Source: an uncultured Gemmatimonadaceae bacterium
GTDB taxonomy: Bacteria > Gemmatimonadota > Gemmatimonadetes > Gemmatimonadales > Gemmatimonadaceae
NCBI GenBank assembly: GCA_963790305.1
Contig: CAWBOC010000004.1
Location: 1-64,000, forward strand
Length of the DNA stretch: 64,000 nucleotides
Direction: 5' to 3'
A model generated the notes under the pieces. That model searched no databases and was not told where the DNA came from. It saw only the letters and a program-made list of their open reading frames with translations. Below are positions 50,939 to 60,932 of this stretch, piece by piece. The position numbers and the translations under genes were made by a program. Every line of letters begins with the position of its first letter. Within the stretch, counting starts at the first letter, position 1.

Positions 50939-52687
50939 GTGAGAACTCTCGCCTTCGTATTCGCCTCCGTTGCCGCGTCGCTGGCCTCCGGCTGCGCCCA
51001 GTCGCGCCAGCAATTGTCTCCAGCCCGGCATCCGGTCGCCGTGATCGCCGACGAAGCGCTGTCGCGATACGCGATGTACGGGATGTCCGGCAGCGTTCTG
51101 CTCTCCATGAACGGCACGACGATCCTGGAGAAGGGGTATGGGCTGGCCGATCGCCAGCGCTCGATCGAAGCGATGGCGGCAACGCGGTACGACGTCGGCT
51201 CGATCACCAAGACGCTCACTGCCGCCGCCGTCCTCCGGCTCGTCGACGAGGGCCGGCTCTCGCTCACCGATTCGCTAGGCACGTTGTTCCTCGACGTACC
51301 GACCGAGAAGCGCGGGCTGACAATCCATGCTCTGCTCACGCACACGGCCGGGTTCGCGCTGGACCCGGCCAACGTGGGTATCACCGCCGCCGATAGCCGC
51401 GACACGTTCGTGGCGAAGGCGATGTCGAGTCCGCTGCAATCCGCACCGGGCAGGTACGCCTACTCGAACCTCGGCTATGGATTGCTGGCAATCCTGGTCG
51501 AACGGCGGTCTGGTAGTGACTTCCGCGCGTACGCCGACAAGGAGCTCATCGCGCGAGCGGGACTCACCCACACCACGTGGTGGCGCGACAGCGCCGCGCT
51601 CGCGATCCCCGGCGTCGCGGTAGGGTACGTGTTCTCGGATCGTGAGGATGTGCTCTCGCCTGAGCCGCCATTCGGTCGAGGCGGGCCGCAGTCTCCCACA
51701 TGGTCGAAGTGGCCGCTCGGCGCGGCAGGCATCGTAAGCACCGTGGGTGACCTTGCCAGATGGCTCGATGCATTGCGCGCCGGACGCATCCTTTCCGAGA
51801 CCGGCACCCGCGGGATGTTCACTCGGCAGGACAGCACCGGAAATCAGGGCTACGGATGGACGGTGACGTCGCGCGGCGAGCTGGGTACCGCCATCTACCG
51901 CGGCGGATCGAGAACGGCGTTCAACTCCGTCATCGCCCTATACCCTGAGCGAAGCGCGACCGTCGTGTTTGCGGTCAACCAATCCGTCGAATCGCAGTGG
52001 CATGTGCTCGTCTGGCGCACACTGGAGCGGGCGATCGCGGGACATGGCGACTCACTTCCGCCTGCCACCGTTCAGCTCACCACGGCCGAGCTCGCGCGAT
52101 TCGAGGGAGCGTATGCTGTTCCCGGAGGCGGGCTCGTCCGTGTCATCCCGGAGGGCGACGAGCTCGTCGTCGGTGTCGAGGGGCAGAACGCGATCGACGT
52201 CATCCAGGGAGCCGCGGCGCTGCCTAACGCCGCGCGATACGGCGAGCTGTCGCTTCGCGTACTGAATGGGGTCGCCGCCGGCTCGACTGTCGACACGACC
52301 GTGCTGGTGGCCGCTCGACAGCAGGAGCTCATCACGTGGCTGTCGACACGGACGTCAGTCTCGGCCACGCCACATCTCGAGCTGCTCGGCACGATTCCTC
52401 ATCCTTCGGGCGGGGGACGAGTGCAGACCTTCGTCCGCTGGGGAGCCGATGATCGTCTCATCGTTCGCCTCATTTGGCAGGGCGAGCGAGTCCTCGCCTG
52501 GAGCGACGGTGTGCGCCTCCCCCTTCTCCGCCGGTTCAAGGCAACGTCGGCGAGCACCGCCGCGGCCTTCCATGCGCGCCAGCCAGGATGGATCACACTG
52601 AGACTTGGCGCGGATGCGTCGACCCTCACGCTCGAGCTGCCCGACGGGCGGATCACGCCGCCGTCAGTCAAGACCGCATCGAGGTAG
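50939..52687 (+). CDS. Serine hydrolase (beta-lactamase/AmpC-like) lipoprotein
   Basis: SITK (SxxK), LLTHTAG, YSN; LASGC lipobox. Confidence 0.92.
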   Translation: MRTLAFVFASVAASLASGCAQSRQQLSPARHPVAVIADEALSRYAMYGMSGSVLLSMNGTTILEKGYGLADRQRSIEAMAATRYDVGSITKTLTAAAVLRLVDEGRLSLTDSLGTLFLDVPTEKRGLTIHALLTHTAGFALDPANVGITAADSRDTFVAKAMSSPLQSAPGRYAYSNLGYGLLAILVERRSGSDFRAYADKELIARAGLTHTTWWRDSAALAIPGVAVGYVFSDREDVLSPEPPFGRGGPQSPTWSKWPLGAAGIVSTVGDLARWLDALRAGRILSETGTRGMFTRQDSTGNQGYGWTVTSRGELGTAIYRGGSRTAFNSVIALYPERSATVVFAVNQSVESQWHVLVWRTLERAIAGHGDSLPPATVQLTTAELARFEGAYAVPGGGLVRVIPEGDELVVGVEGQNAIDVIQGAAALPNAARYGELSLRVLNGVAAGSTVDTTVLVAARQQELITWLSTRTSVSATPHLELLGTIPHPSGGGRVQTFVRWGADDRLIVRLIWQGERVLAWSDGVRLPLLRRFKATSASTAAAFHARQPGWITLRLGADASTLTLELPDGRITPPSVKTASR

Positions 52688-52810
52688 CAACACCTCGGTT
52701 GCGCTGACGCGCTCCCAGAATCACTGTCAGGCTTCGAACGCCTCGAAACAGACCACCTTCAACATGGGAAGGGGGGCGGACTTTTCTCGAAGACCAGGTG
52801 AGCGCTACCA

Positions 52811-53117
52811 ATGTTCGTTCGGATCTGGCTGTTTCGCCCGAAGGGCGGCTTCGAAGATGAATTCGAAGCCCTGTACGGAGAGGACGGCGCGTGGACCGAG
52901 CTCTTCAAGCGTGGCCAAGGGCTATGTCGGTACGGATCTTCAACGCGTCGCGGATGATCCTCCGGAGTATCGAACGATCGACCGCTGGGAATCGCGCGCC
53001 GCGTGGGAGGCATTTCGCCGGGAGCACCACGCTCTGTATGAAACTCTGGACCGGCGAGGCGAGCTCGTCACCGCCATGGAGCAACTCGTGGAGGAGTCCG
53101 ACACACCAGCCTCCTGA
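52811..53117 (+). CDS. ABM (antibiotic biosynthesis monooxygenase-like) protein (frameshift ~52920)
   Basis: MFVRIWLF...FEALYG.DG.W..LF joined to GYVGT.L...TIDRWES. Confidence 0.75.
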
Positions 53118-53120
53118 GGA

Positions 53121-54924
53121 ATGATCGGACTCGGCTGTATGCGGCTGTCGACCGCCGCCGATCGGGACGACGAGAATGGGGTGGCCGTCATTCGCGCGGC
53201 GCTCGATGCCGGCGCGACGTTGCTCGACACCGCCGATGCGTACTGCCTCGACGATCGCGACGTCGGCCATAACGAACGCCTGATCGCCCGAGCGCTCACC
53301 GGATGGACGGGTGAGCGCGCGCGGATCACCGTTGCCACCAAGGGCGGCATGCGGCGTCCCCGGGGCGCGTGGGTCACCGATGGCCGCGCGAAGCACCTGC
53401 GCGACGCGTGTGACGCGAGCCGGCAGGCGTTAGGCGTGGCCACGATCGAGCTCTATCAGCTCCACGCCGTCGATCCGAAGACCCCGATCGAGACGAGCGT
53501 CCGCGCGCTGGCGCGCCTTCAGGACGAAGGCAAGATCCGCGACATCGGACTCTGCAACGTCACGGTGAGCCAGATTCAGGCTGCGCAATCGGTCGTCTCG
53601 ATCGCTTCGGTGCAGGTCAGCCTTTCGCCGCTCGACGACGGAGAGTCTTCGCAACGGCGTCGCCGAATACTGCCGCGACCACGGCATCCGTCTCATCGCA
53701 TACCGCCCGCTTGGGGGAGAGCGCGTGAAGCAGCTCGCTCGGGATCCCGTTCTCTCGCGAATCGCCGCGAAGCACGCGACGTCCAACGAGGACGTTGCAC
53801 TCGCCTGGCTCATGAGCTTTGGCGCCGGGATCGTGCCCATCCCGGGGGCTACCCGAATCGAATCGGCGTCCTCGCTCTCGCGGGCGCTCGCCATCGAGCT
53901 CAACGAGGAAGACCGAATCGCGCTGGACGAACGCTTCTCGGGCCGGCTCCTTCGTGTGCCGCGGGCTCAGCGGCGGCCGCCCGATGACGCTGGCGGCGAC
54001 GTGGTGATCGTGATGGGTATGCCTGGCGCAGGAAAAACGGCGGTCGCTCGCGAGCTGGAAGGTGAAGGGTACGAGCGGCTCAACAGAGACGACCGTGGTG
54101 GCTCCCTTGCCGACCTCGCTACGCGCCTCGACGAGCTGCTCGCCGATGGCTGTCGGCGAGTCGTGCTCGACAATACCTACCCCACGCGCAAATCGCGGAA
54201 CGAGGTGATCGAGACCGCGTGGCAGCGAGGCGTTCCGGTGCGATGCGTCTGGCTCACGACCGACGTCGCCAATGCGCAGATCAACAGCATCCATCGCATG
54301 CTCGATGTTCACGGATCGCTTCCAACGCCAGAGGAGATCCGAGAGCGCAGCAAGACGGACCCGCGGTACTTGCTGCCTGACGCACAGTTCCGATACGAGC
54401 GGACGCTCGAACCCCCAAGCGTCGACGAGGGATTCATGTCGGTCGAGACACGCCGCTTCGTTCGCGAGGCCGGCGCGACCGGTGGGCGGGCGTTGATTCT
54501 CGACTTCGACGATCTGGTCGGAGGCGGAGCGCCGGTGCTTAACCCGGATGACGTCGCGATCGATGAGGCGCGCCGCGATACTCTGGCGCGACATCACGAG
54601 GACGGCTGGCTTCTGTTCATTCACGCGTGGCGGCCCCAGCTCGCGCGTAGCGAAACGACGCTCGAGGCCATCGAGGCCTCCTTCGCGAGAATGCGAGAGC
54701 TGCTCGGCGCCACGCTCGACATCGCGTGCTGCCCTCACGACGCCGGTCCGCCGGTGTGCTGGTGCCGAAAGCCGATCCCTGGTTCCGTGCTCGAGTTCGC
54801 TTCACGCCGAGGTGTCTCGCTCGCCCGGTCGATAGTGATCGGCAGCTCGGCCGCCGACCGAACAATGGCCGAGCGGGTCGGTGCGTGCTTCGAGCCGGCC
54901 GGAGCTTTCTTGGGCAACAGGTAG
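53121..54924 (+). CDS. Aldo-keto reductase / AAA_33 P-loop kinase / HAD phosphatase-like fusion (frameshift ~53640)
   Basis: AKR tetrad contexts DTADAY, ATKGG, YQLH; kinase GMPGAGKT and VLDNT; HAD LDFD and CPH...CWCRKP.PG. Confidence 0.85.
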
Positions 54925-55000
54925 CACCCACGGTTGCGCCCAACAGCTTCCAGGGCCACTGTCACGGTTTGCGGTCCCGATAACTCGACCGGGAGGAACT

Positions 55001-55978
55001 ATGGCGCGGGTGCTCGTAATTGGTGGAACACTCTTCATCGGCCGAGCGCTCGTCGATCAGCTGCTCGAGCGCGGCGATGAGGTCGTGATCATGCATCGCG
55101 GCAAAGAGACGCCGTTCGGCGACCGGGTCGGCGAGATTCGGTGCGACCGAAACGACATTGCGGCGGTTCGTAAGGCACTGAACGGTACGAGCTTCAATGT
55201 GGTGTACGACAACGTCTACGACTGGGAGCGCGGGACGACCGCCGAGCAGGTGAGCGCGGCCGCCGTGGCGGCTTCCGCGGGCCTGCGTCGTTACGTGTTC
55301 ACGTCGAGCGTCGCGGCGTATCCCCCCGGTGGCGAGTACGACGAGCAAGCTCCGCTCGTACCCTCGGATTATCCGAATGTCTATGGCGCGCAGAAGGCAG
55401 ACAGCGAGCGGGCGCTGTTCGAGCTACATCGGCGGCAGGGTGTTCCCGTTACGACGCTGCGGCCAGCCTTCATTTACGGACCCCACAATCCATTCCCCCG
55501 GGAAGCGTTCTTCTGGGATCGGATGCGCGCCGGCCGCCCGATCATCATCCCAGAGGATGGCTCGCGCACGATGCAGTGGGTGCATGTCCGAGATGTCGCG
55601 CGCGCTGCGGTGCTCGCGGCAACACGCGACGCAGCGGTTGGCCACGCCTACAATCTCGCGAGCTATCCGCCGATCACGCAGCTTGCCTTCGTGAAATTGC
55701 TGGCGAGCATCGCCGGTCACGAACCGCACCTCGTGCACATCCCACGGGAGCAGATCGAGCGGGCGGGGGGTGCGCTCTTCGCGCCGCCATTTTACTTCGG
55801 CGTTTACCTCGACATTCCGCCCATCACTGCCCGCAACGATCGCGTGCGCTCCGAGCTCGGTCTGGCACTCACGTCTCTCGAGGATGGGTTGCGCGAGACG
55901 TATCAGTGGTATCAGCAGCAGGAGCGGCCCGCATCGGACTTCTCCTGGGAGGACCGGCTGCTCGTGGCCGCGCGATGA
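55001..55978 (+). CDS. NAD-dependent epimerase/dehydratase
   Basis: GGAGG RBS; GGTLFIG, SSVAAY, YGAQK. Confidence 0.93.
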   Translation: MARVLVIGGTLFIGRALVDQLLERGDEVVIMHRGKETPFGDRVGEIRCDRNDIAAVRKALNGTSFNVVYDNVYDWERGTTAEQVSAAAVAASAGLRRYVFTSSVAAYPPGGEYDEQAPLVPSDYPNVYGAQKADSERALFELHRRQGVPVTTLRPAFIYGPHNPFPREAFFWDRMRAGRPIIIPEDGSRTMQWVHVRDVARAAVLAATRDAAVGHAYNLASYPPITQLAFVKLLASIAGHEPHLVHIPREQIERAGGALFAPPFYFGVYLDIPPITARNDRVRSELGLALTSLEDGLRETYQWYQQQERPASDFSWEDRLLVAAR

Positions 55979-56058
55979 GACATGACGGGGCGAGGCGCCG
56001 ATCGTCTTGCTGACGGCGCCCACCCCGGGCGAGTGCCTCCACCGCCGTCCGCGGAATC

Positions 56059-56616
56059 ATGAACGGTCCCTCCTGGCTCGACCTTCTTTGGCGCGTCTTC
56101 ACCGTCGCTGGCACTGTCGGTGTGTTCCTGGTGTGGCGGCGTTTGCCCACGTTGCCCGACCCGCTCGCTCGCGCACGACTCGCGGCCCTCGCCCTCGCCA
56201 TCACGGCGTCAGCAATCTGGTCCGCGCTGCTGCTGGATGAGTTCATTCGTTGGGCGGCGAAGTCCCCACCACCGCCGGTGCTGATTCTCGGAATGCGACT
56301 CACGTGGCATGCAGTCGTTTACGGCTTGGCCCTGCTCGTGCCCGGATGGCTACCGCGCCTCCTCCTGGCCGGTAACCCCGGCCCCTCACGCGCCCGTTTC
56401 GTCGTCGTGCTCGGCGGGTTCACACTGTTTCTGCTCGCCACCGTGATGGTCACGACCGGTATGCTCACTCTGTTCGCAGCGTCCGTCCGCGAATGGCTCG
56501 AGGGGCTGTTCGACGTCGGCATACCCCTTCTGATGATTGCGCTCATCGCGCTGGCCATGATTCGCGCCGTGAGGGAGATGGGTGGCGGATTCCCACCGGG
56601 ACACCGTGCGAGCTGA
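56059..56616 (+). CDS. Multi-pass hypothetical membrane protein
   Basis: Five hydrophobic segments. Confidence 0.65.
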   Translation: MNGPSWLDLLWRVFTVAGTVGVFLVWRRLPTLPDPLARARLAALALAITASAIWSALLLDEFIRWAAKSPPPPVLILGMRLTWHAVVYGLALLVPGWLPRLLLAGNPGPSRARFVVVLGGFTLFLLATVMVTTGMLTLFAASVREWLEGLFDVGIPLLMIALIALAMIRAVREMGGGFPPGHRAS

Positions 56617-56689
56617 GGCAACGCCGGGCGTATAAGCGAAGGGTCGTCTGCCGGCATCGAACCGAGAGTCCCGTCTCTACGGAGCGACC

Positions 56690-57397
56690 ATGAAGAGAAT
56701 CTCGATCGCCGTCCTGGCAGCGATCATCCTGCTGTCGACGGCCGCGTTCGTGCTCTCCGGTGGATGGGCGGTCGTATCGGTATCGAAAGTTCCTGACGCG
56801 TGGATCGTCGGGAAGCCTTTGCAGCTCTCCTGGCAGGTTCGCCAGCACGGTCTCGCACCGCTCACGGGGTTGAAGCCGACGATCGAGGCGCGGTCGGAAT
56901 CGCAGCAGATAACGGGCTCGACCTGGGAGTTCAACGAAGATGGCCAGAAGGGCTATCGCGGCACGATCACGTTCCCCGATCGCGGTGACTGGCAAGTCAC
57001 GATTCACAGCGGCCTCGGACGCAGCCGCGCCGTTCTCATTCCCTGGCGCGTCGTCGACTCGATCAAGCCGGTTCGCGGGACGGTCGAAGCACACCTCACA
57101 ACGATCGGCGTGGCTCCACTCGGCGAGGCTGAGCGTGGCCGCCGCTTGTTCGCTGCCCTGGGGTGCGTCACCTGTCATGTGCACAGCGCCGTGCCGATCA
57201 CTGGAGAGCTCAGCGACTTCGGCCCGAATCTGACCGACCGCCGGTTCGCACCCGACTATCTGGCGCAGTTTCTCGCCGACCCGTCGATCAAGCCCCCAAC
57301 GAACGGCAAGCGAATGCCGAATCTGGCACTGCGTGAGAAGGACATTGCCCCCCTCATCGCGTTCATCAACGCGGAGCGAGTAGCGGCACGACGTTAG
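56690..57397 (+). CDS. Monoheme c-type cytochrome with an N-terminal Ig-like domain
   Basis: Signal peptide; CVTCH, GPNLT, distal Met in RMPNL. Confidence 0.85.
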   Translation: MKRISIAVLAAIILLSTAAFVLSGGWAVVSVSKVPDAWIVGKPLQLSWQVRQHGLAPLTGLKPTIEARSESQQITGSTWEFNEDGQKGYRGTITFPDRGDWQVTIHSGLGRSRAVLIPWRVVDSIKPVRGTVEAHLTTIGVAPLGEAERGRRLFAALGCVTCHVHSAVPITGELSDFGPNLTDRRFAPDYLAQFLADPSIKPPTNGKRMPNLALREKDIAPLIAFINAERVAARR

Positions 57398-57432
57398 GCT
57401 GGACGTCCGTCGCGGCCGACGCATATTGGCGT

Positions 57433-58033
57433 ATGGACGCGACCGCCCTTGCGGGTTTGCTCGATTTTCTCCGCGCCGCCGAGAGTCTGAAGACGGTCAC
57501 TCGGAGCGCATACACGTCGCAGGGCCATCCCGAGAGTGTCGCCGAGCACACCTGGCGGCTCTCGCTGATGGCCCTGTTGCTTGCGCCGGAGTTTCCCGAC
57601 GTCGATTTCGCGCGGCTGATCAAGATCTGTCTGGTGCACGACCTCGGCGAAGCGATCGGCGGCGACATTCCCGCGCCGGAGCAGGCGCGCAGGCATGCAG
57701 CCGGGGCCACCGGTGGAAAGGCCGCCGACGAGCGTCGCGACCTCGTAAGGCTGCTGGAGCCGCTCTCGGTCACTCTGCGGAGATGAGATTCTCGCGCTGT
57801 GGGATGAGTACGAGGCGGCGCAGTCGCCGGAGGCGCGGCTGGCAAAGGCGCTGGACAAGCTCGAGACGATCCTGCAGCACACGCAGGGTCGCAATCCTCC
57901 CGACTTCGACTACCGCTTCAACCTCGGGTACGCGCGCGAGCATACCGCGAGCCCGCCACTGATCGCGGAGATCCGGGCGGTGCTGGACCGAGCGACGGAG
58001 GAGCGAGCGCGCGAAGTTGGCCGTGGAACGTAG
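57433..58033 (+). CDS. HD-domain phosphohydrolase (frameshift ~57780)
   Basis: [23 protein letters not shown]...AKALDKLET. Confidence 0.9.
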
Positions 58034-58046
58034 CGAGCCCGGTGAG

Positions 58047-58703
58047 ATGAGCGAGAGGATCGGCGTACTCGTCCGCACGGAGCCGGGACCGGGAGTCCTT
58101 CATCAGCTCACGGGAGTCATCGCGAAACACCGGGGGGACATTGCTTCCGTCGAGATCTCTGCCTATCGGGCCGGCGAAGCATCGGTCTACTTCGAGATCG
58201 AGATCCCGGACGATCCAGCACCCCTGCTCGCTGAGCTTCGGGCGCTGTCGATCGTGCGCGGTCTCGATCGGGTCGCGACCCTCCATACGATCTATGGCAA
58301 GCGCGTGATCATCATGGGTGGTGGCGCCCAGGTGGGCCAGGTGGCCATCGGCGCGATCTCGGAGGCCGATCGTCACAACATCCGCGGCGAACGAATTTCG
58401 GTCGACACGATTCCGCTGGTCGGCGAGCAGACCCTCGCCGATGCGGTACGCGCCGTCGCGCGACTTCCGCGCGCATCCGCTCTGGTGCTGGCGGGCTCAC
58501 TCATGGGCGGCGACATCGAGCACGCCGTTCGCGAGGTTCGCGCGCGCGGGCTGCTCGTCGTCAGCCTGAACATGGCCGGGAGCGTGCCCGACGCCGCCGA
58601 CCTGGTGGTGACGGACCCGGTGCAGGCGGGCGTGATGACCGTCATGGCGATCGCCGACACGGCGAAGTTCACGATCGCTCGCCTGCAGAGGCGCGTGTTC
58701 TGA
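58047..58703 (+). CDS. ACT domain + DUF5612 protein
   Basis: PGVLHQLTGVIA..RGDI (ACT); IYGKRVII.GGGAQV..VA.GAISEADRHNIRGERISVDTIPLVGE. Confidence 0.85.
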   Translation: MSERIGVLVRTEPGPGVLHQLTGVIAKHRGDIASVEISAYRAGEASVYFEIEIPDDPAPLLAELRALSIVRGLDRVATLHTIYGKRVIIMGGGAQVGQVAIGAISEADRHNIRGERISVDTIPLVGEQTLADAVRAVARLPRASALVLAGSLMGGDIEHAVREVRARGLLVVSLNMAGSVPDAADLVVTDPVQAGVMTVMAIADTAKFTIARLQRRVF

Positions 58704-58730
58704 GACGCAGGCTACGACCAGGGAGAGCTC

Positions 58731-59114
58731 GTGGAACAGGCGATCGAGATCTACGCCGCCGTGCAGTTTCTGGTGATCGGACTCTCGCACACGTTCCAGC
58801 CGCGCGTGTGGGTCGAGTTCTTCATCCTGCTTCGGGGCAAAGGACACGCAGGCGTCTTCGTCAACGGTTTTCTCAGTCTCATCTTCGGCTCGGTCATCGT
58901 GGGCTTTCACAACGTATGGACCGGTCTGCCAATGGTGCTCACGCTCATCGGATGGGCCCAGGTCGTGAAGGCCCTGGTGAGCTTCGTCGTACCTCAATGG
59001 GGAATGCGAGGGCTTCAGCGTGTGTCGTACGAGCGCGCGCATGAGTTCGTCGTTGGCGGCGTCTTCTTTCTCGCGTTGAGCGCTCTGATGCTCTACATCA
59101 TTGTGACGCGATGA
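58731..59114 (+). CDS. Small four-TM membrane protein
   Basis: IGLSH, FHNVWTG, TLIGWAQVVKA. Confidence 0.75.
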   Translation: MEQAIEIYAAVQFLVIGLSHTFQPRVWVEFFILLRGKGHAGVFVNGFLSLIFGSVIVGFHNVWTGLPMVLTLIGWAQVVKALVSFVVPQWGMRGLQRVSYERAHEFVVGGVFFLALSALMLYIIVTR

Positions 59115-59139
59115 CACCCATGCAGGAGCACCGCGATTG

Positions 59140-60858
59140 ATGCGTGGCATCTGGCTGCTGCTGACGGCGGCGCTGTGGTTCGCGCCGCTTCACGACACCG
59201 TCAATGCACAGGCGGTCGGACCTGCCTGTGCGCCATGTGGCAACCCGCCGTCGAAGCACGTCGTCACCGCCGATGGCCATCAGCTCACAGTGTGGGCGAA
59301 GCGCCCCACATCACCGCACGGCGCGATCCTGCTCGTGCATGGCCGGCGCTGGAGTGCACTGCCGAACTTCGATCTTCGCGTGCCGAGTGAGCAACGTTCC
59401 GTCATGGACGCGCTCGCCGCAGGCGGGTTCGCTGCGTACGCCGTCGATCTGCGCGGGTACGGTGCGACGCCGCGCGACAGCACGGGCTGGCTCACGCCTG
59501 ATCGCGCGGCAACCGACGTGGCGGCGGTGCTGGACTGGATCGCTCGCCAGGAAGGGAGTCGAATCCGGCCAGCGCTTCTTGGATACTCCCGGGGATCGGC
59601 TGTCGCGCTCCTCATGGCGCAGCGACATCCGGAGAAGCTTTCCGCATTGATTCTGTATGCGTTCCCGGTGGATGTCGATGCGAAGCGGGCCGTCGACGCG
59701 GACCCCGTCGCACCACCCCGCGCACGGAACACTCGTGAAGGCGCTGGCGAGGATTTCATCACACCGACGGCAGCTTCACCCGCGCTGCGCGAAGCGTACA
59801 TGGATGCCGCGGTGGCGGCGGATCCCGTCACGACGGATTGGGCGAAGATGCATCAGTTCAACGCCATGGATCCCGCCGCCGTGCGCGTACCCACGCTGCT
59901 GATTGCCGGCGCGCGCGACCCCCTTGCCGCCGGTACGTCTCACAGCCGGCTCTTCACACGTCTCGGCACTGATGATCGCACGTGGGTCGTGCTGCCCGAG
60001 TCGGATCACGCTGCGCACATTGAGAAATCGCACGACGCATTCATCCACGCGGTCACGAGCTTCCTCGAGCGCCCCAGAGCGGGCCAGGCGCCGACCACGC
60101 AGTACCGGTCGCCAGCCGGCGTGGAGTATCGCGCGCAGTCGGACACGGGGCCCATCGCCCGCGCGCACGCCGCCTGGGTCGCCGATTCCTCCAGCGCCGA
60201 CCTTCTGATTGGGCTGGGCATCGCGCAATCGGGCGCCCGGCAGTTTCGCGAAGCGATCGAGACCTTCTCGCGCGGGATCGCTCGTCACCCCCAGAACGCC
60301 ATGCTCTATCGCTGGCGCGGTCATCGCTATCTCTCGGTGCGCGAGCTCGACCGCGCCGAGGCGGATTTCAGACGAGGGCTCGCACTCGACAGCGCGAACT
60401 ATGGCATCTGGTACCACCTCGGGGTGGTGCGGTTCGTCCGCGGTGACTTCGCCGGCGCGGCCAGGGCGTTCGCGCGCGCTCAGCCGTTGGCGCCCGACCC
60501 CGGCGAGCTCGCCGGGGCGACCGACTGGCTCTGGATGTCGCTCGCGAGAGCGGGACGGCGCCCCGAGGGCGACGCGATGCTGGCGAGGCGTCCCGACTCG
60601 CTGCCGGCGACCAACGCCTATCGGCAGCGGCTGCGGCTGTACCGCGGGGAGATCAGCCCCGACTCGGTGATCACGGCGGCCGACTCGGGCGACGTCGCCG
60701 TCGCGACCCTGAGCTACGGCGTCGGCAACTGGTACCTGGTGCGCGGGGATACCGCGCAGGCGAGGCGCTGGTTCGAGCGGGCCATCGCGTCCGGAGGCTG
60801 GCCGGCGTTCGGGTTTATTGCGGCGGAGGCCGAGCTTCGACGCATGGGTCCGCGGTAG
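59140..60858 (+). CDS. Secreted alpha/beta hydrolase fused to a TPR domain
   Basis: VHG, DLRGYG, GYSRG, HAAHIE, then YRWRGHRY / IWYHLG TPR region, all in one 573-aa ORF. Confidence 0.82.
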   Translation: MRGIWLLLTAALWFAPLHDTVNAQAVGPACAPCGNPPSKHVVTADGHQLTVWAKRPTSPHGAILLVHGRRWSALPNFDLRVPSEQRSVMDALAAGGFAAYAVDLRGYGATPRDSTGWLTPDRAATDVAAVLDWIARQEGSRIRPALLGYSRGSAVALLMAQRHPEKLSALILYAFPVDVDAKRAVDADPVAPPRARNTREGAGEDFITPTAASPALREAYMDAAVAADPVTTDWAKMHQFNAMDPAAVRVPTLLIAGARDPLAAGTSHSRLFTRLGTDDRTWVVLPESDHAAHIEKSHDAFIHAVTSFLERPRAGQAPTTQYRSPAGVEYRAQSDTGPIARAHAAWVADSSSADLLIGLGIAQSGARQFREAIETFSRGIARHPQNAMLYRWRGHRYLSVRELDRAEADFRRGLALDSANYGIWYHLGVVRFVRGDFAGAARAFARAQPLAPDPGELAGATDWLWMSLARAGRRPEGDAMLARRPDSLPATNAYRQRLRLYRGEISPDSVITAADSGDVAVATLSYGVGNWYLVRGDTAQARRWFERAIASGGWPAFGFIAAEAELRRMGPR

Positions 60859-60932
60859 ACGAACGAGCTTGCAGCGGGGACGGCGACGGCCTCACATTAG
60901 GGCGCCTCGAAGGATTCCCCTCACAGCGGACC

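Noticed and set aside
4010..53435. GTTAGG/CCTAAC copies inside coding regions (e.g. ~4011, 6737, 16336, 30361, 45581, 53429)
   Set aside because: They lie within continuous protein homology and are treated as background; they also limit the strength of the cassette hypothesis.
54960..54990. ECF41-type promoter (TGTCAC...) before the epimerase
   Set aside because: The -35-like TGTCACG is present, but no CGTC occurs at the expected spacing.
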